From the NCBI GenBank assembly GCA_946965045.2, contig OX337231.1, positions 3,906,001-3,970,000 on the forward strand: DNA of 64,000 nucleotides, written 5' to 3'. Shown piece after piece: positions 12,478 to 22,269 of this stretch (positions are counted from its first letter, which is position 1; each line of letters opens with the position of its first letter). Below the pieces are notes generated by a model. The model did no database searches. It was given only the letters and a program-made list of their open reading frames with translations, and was not told the origin of the DNA. The translations under genes and the position numbers were made by a program. The stretch is from Epithemia pelagica. Taxonomy: Eukaryota > Protista > Bacillariophyta.

Positions 12478-13509
12478 TTATTGAACCTTGCTGCTGCGAG
12501 TGTGGGTCCGCCGCTGTTCTTGTGACGGCTTGTTCTTGTGCTTGTTGTTCTTGTGCTTGTTCATAATGTCGTGTGGTTGTGGTTGCTGAGCTGTTGCTTC
12601 TGCTTGTTGTCCATCATCATCAATGCCGGCCGTTTGATTAATGCCAAAGAGTCGGACGCCATTCATGCAGGGCAATTTTCCGAGCAAACAGGCCATCCAG
12701 ACAAGGCCATTGACGAGACACATGGTTCCGGCATAATCCACGGCATGACAGGCCATCCACGTGAGCAGACAGGGCACGACCATGAGCAATTCGCGCACGC
12801 CGCGGGTATCGGGCGTGGCTTCCAATTGTTCCCAGAGCGTCAAGGCATTGCATTCGCCCGCGACATCGTCCCAAAAGTACATGCTGCCTTTAATCCAATG
12901 GACTTGGACAATCGTCACAATGGCATGGACGAGATTGACGGCTGTCCAGGACCAACTGAGGGGCACGTGGGGAAAGAGGACGGATTGGACCATGCACACG
13001 ACCGGCAACAAGACGGCCAAGAAGGTTCCATACAAGGCCAACCAAATCCAAAAGACGGATCCGGAAAATTTGCGACTCGGACGTCGATTCAATTCAAAGG
13101 GCATCCAATCGCCATCCAAACCGTACAATCCAGAATAGGTGCGGGGAATGTCACGCGAATTCAATCGCGTCCGGGGTGGCGAATTCAAGGTCGGCGTCGC
13201 CGTCGATTGATCCGAGGCGGACCGAGCGCGAATCGGAGATGTTGTGGTCGTTGTTGTGGTTGTGGCAGTCCGAGGAATGGGACTGATTGGAGCCTCAAGC
13301 AGGCCTTTTCGTCGCCACCACCACCAGGCCGTGGGCGAACTCGTAGTGTCTTGCGATACTGCCAGTGTTGTGGTTGTGGTGGATTTGGGAGGGTTGTTGC
13401 GTGGTCGTCGAGGATTGCTAGGAGATGCGGGTGCTGCCATGGTCATTGGGGACTCGTGGTGGTGGAACGGGTCTGGTTTGTTGTTGTGGTGATTCCCCAG
13501 GCGAGACAT
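12478..13509 (-). CDS. ORMDL: ORMDL/ORM1 family sphingolipid-synthesis regulator
   Basis: SWTAVNLVHAIVTIVQVHWIKGS, LTLWEQL, LLGKLPCMNGVRLFGIN; hydrophobic core preceded by a long Ser/Thr/Pro-rich N-terminus. Confidence 0.9.
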   Translation of the reverse strand: MSRLGNHHNNKPDPFHHHESPMTMAAPASPSNPRRPRNNPPKSTTTTTLAVSQDTTSSPTAWWWWRRKGLLEAPISPIPRTATTTTTTTTSPIRARSASDQSTATPTLNSPPRTRLNSRDIPRTYSGLYGLDGDWMPFELNRRPSRKFSGSVFWIWLALYGTFLAVLLPVVCMVQSVLFPHVPLSWSWTAVNLVHAIVTIVQVHWIKGSMYFWDDVAGECNALTLWEQLEATPDTRGVRELLMVVPCLLTWMACHAVDYAGTMCLVNGLVWMACLLGKLPCMNGVRLFGINQTAGIDDDGQQAEATAQQPQPHDIMNKHKNNKHKNKPSQEQRRTHTRSSKVQ

Positions 13510-14767
13510 TATTGTTGTATAGTTGTGGTAGCGTAGGAATGGCAAAAAACCAAAGTCAGTCTCTCGAGAGCAATAGTAGCTAGAGCACAAGGAGAGTAAA
13601 AGGTGTGTATGAGCAAAAGAGAACTACCAAAAACAGCAGCAGGTCATGATCGTCCACAGTGTCCCCATGTTGTTGTGGCAGTCACCGCGAGAACAAGCAA
13701 ACACGAGAATTCAATCACCGCAAGGAATCCTTTCGATTCGTTCCTCACCCCCTTTCGTTGTGTCATACAGATTGAAGCGAGCAATGCCTGCTTACCTTCT
13801 CTTGGGATTTGCTGTTGTGTTTTACGATCGGTTTTCCGTTGGTAGGTTGAGAGTTGCTTGTCTACCTAGGTAGGACGGTTCAATGTTCAATCCAGTCTTT
13901 TGCAGCGAACAACCGGGGCTCTGGCACGATCGACTTGTCTGTGTTGATGTGGAGGCTCCTGATGAGAGTAGTACAATAGAGTATTGTAGGGAATTCACGT
14001 TCGTTGTCGAATCCAACGATCTTTTGTCTTGCTTCCGGCTTGCTCTTGTTCGTTGTTCTCTGTGTGGGTGAGAGAGCGAGACCACGACTTGAATTTTCTT
14101 GGCACGCCGGCATCGGATCGGCCACTCTAAGTATCTCGTCTGTCCAACTCACGAAAAATGCCGACCCTGCGGGTGTTTGTGGGATTGTCGCGTCCGTCGA
14201 CTTTCTGGTTCGAGAGAAGAGCGACCGTCATCACAATCTACAAGGTCCGTCCGTGAGAGACGATGAGTGTGTGAGTCCTCATTGACGTATTCGAGTCGAG
14301 ACGACGAGCCGAGAATCACGAAAAGGCTGCGGATCTGGCATCCGTTCTTCTTCTAAGAGAGAACGTCGACACGATGGTTCCATCGACGCCATGCGCGGGC
14401 GCGTCACGAACCACGAACCATTGATTCTTGTCTGCAAACTACCTAGTAGTAGATGAATGATACTCACACATGCCTCCTTGGTTGTGTTCTTCTCACAAAA
14501 CGAGTCGTACAACAACATGGATGGATAAGGGTTCGTCTTTGTATTTAGTAGTATATAGTTTGCACAAGCAACAACAACAAGAAGAAACAGATACCATCGG
14601 TAGGCCGTCTTGAATGAAGGACTCGCTTCCCCAATTGGTTCCCCCTCCTATCTCAACATTTGGACCATGGCATTCAAGTCACACGCATGTCCAGTCCACA
14701 CCGTCTGGTTCGTTCTGCTGGCTTGCTACTTAAGGATTCTTGTGGTTGTTGTGGTTGTGGTGCTTGT

Positions 14768-16573
14768 TTATTGAATGACATCGACCAAAAAGTCAAAGAT
14801 ATCCGTCTTTTGAATGGCTTCTCGGACATCTTCTTTTTGCAAGGTTCGTCGTTTGTGCAATTGACTGTAATTCCACGCCCGGATACTCAAATCCAAAATA
14901 AACAATTCACACGCCTTGGCAAACAAGACGGGCGCTTCGGCACTAATCATGCGGACATCTTCGTCCGATTTCATGATCCGCTTGATGCGGGCCAACGGCA
15001 AATCATTGTGCGTCTTGAAATCGTGTTCGGTTTGTTGTTCCAAACTGGTAATGTCTTGCAAGGCTTGATGCCAAAAGGAATTGAGGGCATGATTGAGTTG
15101 CGCCAAAAATTGCGGAGAGGACGACGACAATTGGGGCAAGCCATCTTCGCCCAACAAAATGGTTTCGCCACCATCAGGGGCGGCCGGTGTGGTCGTCGTC
15201 GTGGTCGTCGTGGTGGTCAGGGCCGTGGCCACGGTCCCCGGGGGTGCGGTACCGACGACCAAGGATGCCGTGGCGGGGACCGACAAGGGAGCATTGGTGG
15301 CCACGACGCTCGTCGTTGCAGGAGTAGGAGCAGGAGTGGAGGCCGAGGTTGTGGTTGGCATGGGAGGGTTGGCAGCCACCGTCGCTGGAGCGGCCACGGA
15401 AGCACCCGTCGCCGTGGGTGCACTCGTTGTGGCCGGTGCCGGTGTTGTCGTTGTGGGTGCCGGTGGTGTATCGGGTTTGAGAATGCCGGCTTGAATTTGG
15501 GCTTGGGTATGGGCATGGACCAAGGCTTGGGTTTGCAATTGAATTTGCGTTTGCAGTTGCGCCGGAGTATTGCTGCCTTGCGTGGCATTTTTGTTGCGGG
15601 CATGGACAATCGCTTGGGCCTGGACTTGGGACAAGGCGGCAATCTGCGTCGCATTCATGGGTTGCAATCCACCCCCACGACTCTTGGCCGCTGCCACGAC
15701 GGCTGAGTTACACAAATCACAAATACAACATGACGTATGCCACGACAGGTTAGAAGAGGTTTTGTGTGCTGCGATCCAACGACACGCACGAGAGAGATCT
15801 CTCCTCTTGTGTGCTGCCATCCAACGACACACGCACGAGAGAGAGATATATATAGTAGATCTTGGACACGTACCTTGGGCTTGCGCCGCGGCTTGAACCA
15901 TGGCTTGGGCTTGAGCTTGAATTTGGGCCGGTGTAATGTTGGCTTGTTGTCCCCGCGCGGCCGCCGCTTGCAATTGTTGCTGCAATTGTTGTTGCAACTG
16001 ATGTTGAATTTGACGTTGCAATTGTTGCGTCGTGGTGGAGGGCGTTGTTGTGGATGTGGATGTCGTGGTACTGGGAGCTGGTTTCTTGGCCGCCGGAGGA
16101 CCGGTACTACTTGCCGGAGGAGGATGCGAGACTGGCAGGGGCGTGGTTGCGGTGGTTGTTGTCGCAGTGGGAACTGCGGATGCTTCCGGAGGAGCCACGG
16201 CCATGGGCACTTCTTGTTCTTGCTGTTCCTCCTCCAAGGCACGCTTTTTGGGATTGACGCTTGGTGGTTCTGGTTGTACTACTTCCATGGGAGTAGTAGT
16301 AGTGGTGTTTGCGGCCAAGGGATTGGGAGGTGGAGCCACATTCAAAGCGACGCTTGTGGTTGGGACCATGGTGGGAGGAGGAGGAGGAGCTGCTACTGCT
16401 ACTGTGGGTATGTGAGCCACTGCTGGCAGGGTGGTCGGAGCCACCTGTAACAAGGGATTGGGGGTTGCTGTCGTCGTCGTCGTAGTGGTCATGGGTTGAG
16501 GATCCGTCGAAGTAGGAGTGGCACTGGCCGATGCATCGTTCTCGTTGGTATTATTAGGTGGATGCGACTCCAT
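14768..16573 (-). CDS. NFYC: Nuclear transcription factor Y subunit C (histone fold)
   Basis: C-terminal DFKTHNDLPLARIKRIMKSDEDVRMISAEAPVLFAKACELFILDLSIRAW; Pro/Thr/Gln-rich N-terminus; probable intron 15873-15703. Confidence 0.92.
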   Translation of the reverse strand: MESHPPNNTNENDASASATPTSTDPQPMTTTTTTTATPNPLLQVAPTTLPAVAHIPTVAVAAPPPPPTMVPTTSVALNVAPPPNPLAANTTTTTPMEVVQPEPPSVNPKKRALEEEQQEQEVPMAVAPPEASAVPTATTTTATTPLPVSHPPPASSTGPPAAKKPAPSTTTSTSTTTPSTTTQQLQRQIQHQLQQQLQQQLQAAAARGQQANITPAQIQAQAQAMVQAAAQAQGTCPRSTIYISLSCVCRWMAAHKRRDLSRACRWIAAHKTSSNLSWHTSCCICDLCNSAVVAAAKSRGGGLQPMNATQIAALSQVQAQAIVHARNKNATQGSNTPAQLQTQIQLQTQALVHAHTQAQIQAGILKPDTPPAPTTTTPAPATTSAPTATGASVAAPATVAANPPMPTTTSASTPAPTPATTSVVATNAPLSVPATASLVVGTAPPGTVATALTTTTTTTTTTPAAPDGGETILLGEDGLPQLSSSSPQFLAQLNHALNSFWHQALQDITSLEQQTEHDFKTHNDLPLARIKRIMKSDEDVRMISAEAPVLFAKACELFILDLSIRAWNYSQLHKRRTLQKEDVREAIQKTDIFDFLVDVIQ

Positions 16574-16969
16574 GATGGTGATATAGTGGTCCGAGTCCGA
16601 ACTATCTTGTCGGTTTGAAACTGGATTGACTTTGCCCGAAAAGCCTGCCAAGACAGAATCGAGAGACCAATAAAATATAATATACTGTGAGAACCAATCT
16701 ACCGTTATGGGCCACAACAACAGGTGATTTGTGTTGGTTACAACACGAGACGTTGTACCTTTGGCTCGCACCGGTTTGGTTTGCGTTTTCAATTTTGTGA
16801 GCAAAACAGGATACTTGTAGGATTGTTGATGTCGAGGTCAGTTGCAACTGCAGAGCGTCTTGTCTTTGGTCGGTCTCTCTGTCGTTGTCCTTCGTTCTCT
16901 ATTGGAGAAGAGACTGCAATCCAGAGAGTGGCTGCCAAATGGAAGCAAATGGGACAATCTTCGGCAAAT

Positions 16970-17255
16970 CTTCTGTGGCTGCCGACGCTCCTGAAGCGAT
17001 GGTATCGCTTCAAGAGTACTCCACGCAGATAGACATTAGTCCCTCAGGACTGAGCTATGTATGTAGTAGAAGTAGGAGTAGCCATTAGCCATCTCTACAG
17101 TAGTTCTTTACTGCATACTCCCAAGTCCTTCGACTTGACCTTTTCCTCTTTGAAGATATAGAAAGCTGAAAATGCCTCAAAATTCCAGAGGGTTGGAAGA
17201 ACGATGTTGCATCGACTGAATCTATTTATAGGTAACACAGGAACATCCAAAACAG
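16970..17255 (+). repeat. Diverged, internally deleted relic of the Fic locus (upstream region fused to 3' end)
   Basis: About 16970-17090 aligns by eye with 19322-19415 (gacat.agtccct/ggactg/tgtat/agtaga.gtagccat). About 17123-17255 aligns with 20540-20685 (caagtcctt.gacttg...ggttggaagaa.gat.ttgcatcgac.gaatc) and translates KSFDLTFSSLKI* versus KSFDLYFSSLRIES*. Confidence 0.75.
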
Positions 17256-17370
17256 TAAGGAACCCAAAAAAGTATAAAAACAGATGATTCTTCGTACTGT
17301 TCGACGTCGAGACAAGAGAGACTTCGTCAAGGAGGGCATCGCTAGAACAAATAGCCAGGTTTACCTTCTT

Positions 17371-19285
17371 TTACACTGCCGCCGAGGACATGAGATCCTC
17401 AATCATCTTCACTTTGGATACTGCATAGTACTGCGGAGCCATCCCGGCGAAGCCTTGGATGACGGTCTTCATTTCTTTTCCTTTGGTGGTCAAGACAGGC
17501 ATGTACTGAATTTTTCGGCAACTCTCCATCGGAGAAAAGAATATGGTCACAACATCTGGATATAGTGCAACCCCACTGTGCCTATCCTGAAGGCGTTTCC
17601 TGGTAGCATTGAGCGCTCCGTTGAGATGAACCCCGTACACTGTATGTGAGGGTTTATCTTTGGTAGTATCGCTGCCGGACACTGTCATTTGCAACCCGAC
17701 TAGAACAATGCTGTTTGACAGTTTGGTTTCCATGGCGTTCCTTTCTGGCACACTAAGGCTTGAAGCGTCCGCACTGAAAATGCCGATGCAGGACAGAACA
17801 GAAAGGAGTCGTGGGTCGGAAAGTTTGAAGTAATAGGGTGAAAGTATGTTTGAAGTAGATTGTCGGTTCCAATCAAGGCTGCGTTTTCAAGCGACGTTCC
17901 TGGAAAGTACACAGAAGATGATCGAGAGAAGTCAAGCGACAATTCGGACTTTACAAGAATTCCTTTCATGCTATTCTGACTCGGGCCATGGCAGCCAAGG
18001 CACTTTGCCTGTCTCAACAATGGACCACCACCAGAGACCTGTTTGTGCACCTCGTTCTCGTACAGAACCCCGTAGGCATCTTGATGGCCCATCGTTATGC
18101 TTAAAGCAGCCACAACAAGCCCGAGAGCTTTACAGTTTTTGGCTTTGACTTCTTTCATGAGCAGCTGCCCCAAATAAGGAGATGCAAAATGGATGCGGTA
18201 CCCAGCCGCGAGTGGTGATTTGTGGAAGAGCAACTCCTTCGTTTTTGTGGCCTCTTCTTGTCCCATGGCTTGGTATTCGGCTATCTTTGCAATGGCTTGC
18301 ATGGTTTCGTCTGGGATCGGTGCGTCAAGAATGTCACCTTTTGCCGTTCCGGCCATCTTCAGAGTCTCCGCAAACTCCAAAACGAAACGAGCGGAGCCAC
18401 CGTATCGACGATAGCCTTCCATGACATGGTCTAGATCAAGCGTACCTGAGGATTTCGACCATAATAGACCAAGTTTGGCAGCATACATAAACTCTTCGCC
18501 GCACCATAAGTCGGCGCTTCGTTTGTTTCGTACTGGAGGGATACCCAACTTTCGAACCATTCCCAGAAATGTCTCTTGCCCGGAGGAGACGGTATAGACT
18601 TCACGGCCTCCGGAACCTACTAGCTGAAGACTGTAAAGAGCACCAGGATCGCGTATAATGATGGCGCATCCGGAGCTTTTCCACTGGACCAATTTCTCAT
18701 CGAAGCGAGAAGCCCCTTGTGTTGCATGTCCATACCAAAAGTCTTGGCCCATCGGTTGTGTGCCAATCTCTAATAGCAAGTTTGAATCAAGTTCTCTTGC
18801 GTCTTGGTCTTTGACAAGCTGGTTGGGATTTGTCTTGGTGAATGCCCAGATCTTATCTTCATAGTAGAGCACAACAAGTTCACCAAGATGAAAGTGGCGA
18901 CGAGCTAAGTAGAGGGCAAACATCGTTTTCCCAACACCAGCAGTGCCCGTTATGATCGATACTTGCTGAATGCCAACCTCAAAGTCTTGGAACCTTTTAT
19001 CCAGAAACGTTGCGAGTGTCTCGTAGCAGGGTCTCTCGATCAAATATGGCGATTCGTTCTCCTTTTGCCATGCCGGTCCACCTACCTAGGTAGATCGATG
19101 AAACTCCGAAAGGGACAGTTCTCGAAAGGCACGACCATCGCGTCCGAGAAAAGGGCATTGTGGAGAAATAATGGAAGGAAGCGTTCGTGCTTTTGCTGCG
19201 TTGGTGCCGCTACCAGGGGATGAACCTCGTCTACTAAGATCGGATGGGCGATTCTTCTTTTCCGTTTGCTGCTGCTCTCTGTCAT
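17371..19285 (-). pseudogene. Crinkler/RHS (CR)-type P-loop NTPase + PD-(D/E)xK-like nuclease, frame-disrupted
   Basis: IERPCY; Walker A ITGTAGVGKT; Walker B-like AIIIRD; YGGSARFVL; YFHPITSNFPTHDSF...LQMTVS...H. A 1-nt frameshift at the T-run near 17777 links ORFs 17700-19043 and 17371-17751. There is a second break near 19082-19093. Confidence 0.7.
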
Positions 19286-19536
19286 TTTGCTGCTGGCTGT
19301 ATTATCCTCCCAAGTACCGGTAGTCTTCTGCTGGTCTTGTCAATCCGTCCTGAAAATGTGTCAGAACGAGAGGACGGACATGAGTCCCTGGACTGTGTAT
19401 AGTAGATGTAGCCATCCTATTTCCTTCAGGACCTACGTGCGACTACGTGCGATTGAATAATACATACGACACATAACAACTTTTGGAGCTCACTCACATT
19501 TTTGTGTATCTCCTCCCGTTCAGCCGCAGCAAGACC

Positions 19537-20584
19537 ATGGACTACTATTATCTCTTTCCTCTGTTACTCATTCTCTTCTGCATTCTTGTGCTGTTATGGT
19601 GGTTTTCTGCCTTGGAGTATGTCGGGGGTGTGGCTGGAGTCGGATCGTTACTGGCTGTGTTCTTTGGCGTGCGACTGGACTTGTGGCGTCGCCAGCGAGA
19701 GAGGCTTCAAAAGGAGCAGCAAGAGACGGTGGAATTTGTACAACAGGAAATCCACAAGGTATACCAAGGAGGAAGGATAATGGACCCATCGGGAAAGGTC
19801 TTTGCAAAGTACTGTCACTTATTCGAGGTTACGGCACAACCCATGGACGTGGATGCCTTGACGGAAAAACTAGGAAAATTGCAACGCGGACCACGTACCA
19901 TCGGGTTGCGACGCCCCGGCTTGCTCCAGAAACTCAAGATTGACATGACGTACCATTCCAACGCCATTGAGGGAAATCCAATAACCTACAATGAGACGAA
20001 GATTATCCTGTCGGGATTTGTGGGACCCCGACGCCGGAGTCTTCGGCACGTGCATGACATTGTGGGACACGGCACGGCGTGGGAGCAAGTGCAACAATGG
20101 GCCGCCGTCGGCCCAACAACTGTCTCCATGGATCAAGTGAAACAGGTGCACGAACTGGTCTTGTTTGGTTCGCCCGACGGCGGAGTGTTTCGAAAAGACG
20201 GAGAGATTGCGGTACTCACAAGGACCAAAGTGCTGTTGGCCATGCCGGAGGAGACCGAAGGCGCTGGTACAGCGGCTCCTGGACTGGCTGTCGAGCCATT
20301 CCGATGCCCATCCGTTGGTCTTGGCCGTGACCTTCCATTGCATCTTTGCTCGGATCCATCCATTTCGGGACGGCAATGGGAGGACGGCCCGACTTGTGTC
20401 CAACTGGATTTTGATGCAGCACGGATATCCTCCCATTGTGGTTCCAGTGGGAGCCAGAAAGCAGTGCATGGAGTCGCTTTTGCAATGGGACCAGGGCGAT
20501 CCTGGCCCGTTTTCTCGGCTCATGGCCCATCTCTTGCACAAGTCCTTTGACTTGTACTTTTCCTCGTTGAGGATCGAAAGCTGA
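19537..20584 (+). pseudogene. Membrane-anchored Fic-domain AMPylase (FICD/HYPE-like), single-base frameshift
   Basis: N-terminal hydrophobic segment; TYHSNAIEGN inhibitory helix; HPFRDGNGRTAR active motif in the second frame. Deleting one G at 20260-20261 gives PEETEALVQRLLDWL. Confidence 0.88.
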
Positions 20585-20741
20585 CAATGATGCCTCAGAA
20601 TTCCACACACGGTTGGAAGAAGGATTTTGCATCGACCGAATCCAAGTATAGATTGATAGATGTAGTACAGGAACACGCAACACAAGACAGTCGTGAAAAT
20701 AATCCATACAATCGGCACATTGTTTGCCAACTTGGTAGGTT

Positions 20742-21571
20742 AGCTTTGTCCAGAGACTTTTGGGCCGCCTCGACATTGGCCACTTGGAGCTCTTCCAGGT
20801 TCATTTCGAACGGCTGTTTCGGTTCCGTGTTCGAGTTTGTACTTGGGTGACACAAGTTAGTGTGAGAAATCTGAGTCGTCCAAGAACGGGTCGGCGAGAA
20901 TGCCACCGTCGCCTTTGCAGAAAGAAGCACGGCAAACAGCGAGCTTCCACCCAACCGGCAACGCCATTTGCTTGTCATCTTGTTGAAGAGGGGTCCCTTC
21001 GTGTCCCCCCTTGAACAATTTGACAGACAAATGGTGTTGCCTGTTGGGACGCTTGCTGTTTGCCGTCCTTCTATCTGCTAATGCAACTTTCATCAAGGAA
21101 CAAGCTTCCATGTTCGAATGCTTACAACTCACAAAAATCCACGGTTCGCAAGCTCACAACTCACAATATAGCACTAGTATTTGCAGTCGCAGCAACAGTA
21201 CTCGACAGTAAAACGTAGCAATAGTGTTTGACTTCTTAAACAGAACATGGAAGAGCTCCAAGTGGCGAATGTCGAGGTAGCACAAAAGTCGCTGGACAAA
21301 GCTGCAGCTTTGTCTCAGCTTTGTCCAGAGACTTTTGGGCCGCCTCGACATTGGCCACTTGGAGCTCTTCCAGGTTCATTTCGAACGGCTGTTTCGGTTC
21401 CGTGTTCGAGTTTGTACTTGAGAGACACAAGTTTGTGTGAGAAATCTGGGTAGGACGGGTCGGCGGCGAGAATGCCACCGTCGCCTTTGCCGAAAGAAGC
21501 ACGACAAACAGCGAGCTTCCACCCAACAGGCAACACCATTTGCTTGTCATCTTGTTGAAGAGGGGACACAA
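20742..21571. repeat. Three alternating-orientation copies of a short plastid-leader/coiled-coil gene fragment
   Basis: Minus-strand copies at about 20742-20994 and 21316-21571 (MTSKW...ATVAFSP...LEELQVANVEAAQKSLDKA); degenerate plus-strand copy at about 21006-21304. Confidence 0.85.
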
Positions 21572-22269
21572 CCACTTACGTCCATTGCATTAAGGCTACT
21601 GTCAAGATCTCTCCCCTAGATCAACAGGAAACGCGGCAATCGATCGAATGAGAAGAAGGATGCCACTCATCACGGCAACCAACAACCAACAAACGCAAAT
21701 CTGACCACAACGTCAGTGGGTTTTGGCGGAATCTCACCACGTCATTTTGTCAGATTTCTGCGCGACCAAAATTAAATGGAGATGCGCCCCGTATCTACCT
21801 GCCAGGCAGTGAAAGAACATCCCTAATCCCTAACCGTAAGCGAGTGATGGAACATTTAGCCATGTACAACGAGCAAGCAGACGTGAAATATAACACGTCT
21901 GAAAGGAGGTTATAGGGCCTAGCCCGACCACTCGACCAACAGCGTCGGATGCGCATAGTAACTATCCACAACTGTTCAAACAATAGAACAGAAAAAGGAA
22001 ACCCATGGCGGGCATGATGAGTCTCTCTGGAGGACTGACCTGTTGTTTGGTTCACAATTCATTCTACACACACATGTCTGCAGGAATCAATCAAGGTGGC
22101 GGAACTCCAGCGATTCGGTGGTTCCAGTGATGGGTCGATCGATACTCGAATGAAGGAACACAAGAAAAGGAGACAAGACCCAAAACAGATTGCAAACTTA
22201 TATGTACTAAATTATCTACGGTTGCACTCCAAGGGGAGTATTTCAATGTGACCAGCCTTTGATGTTTGG

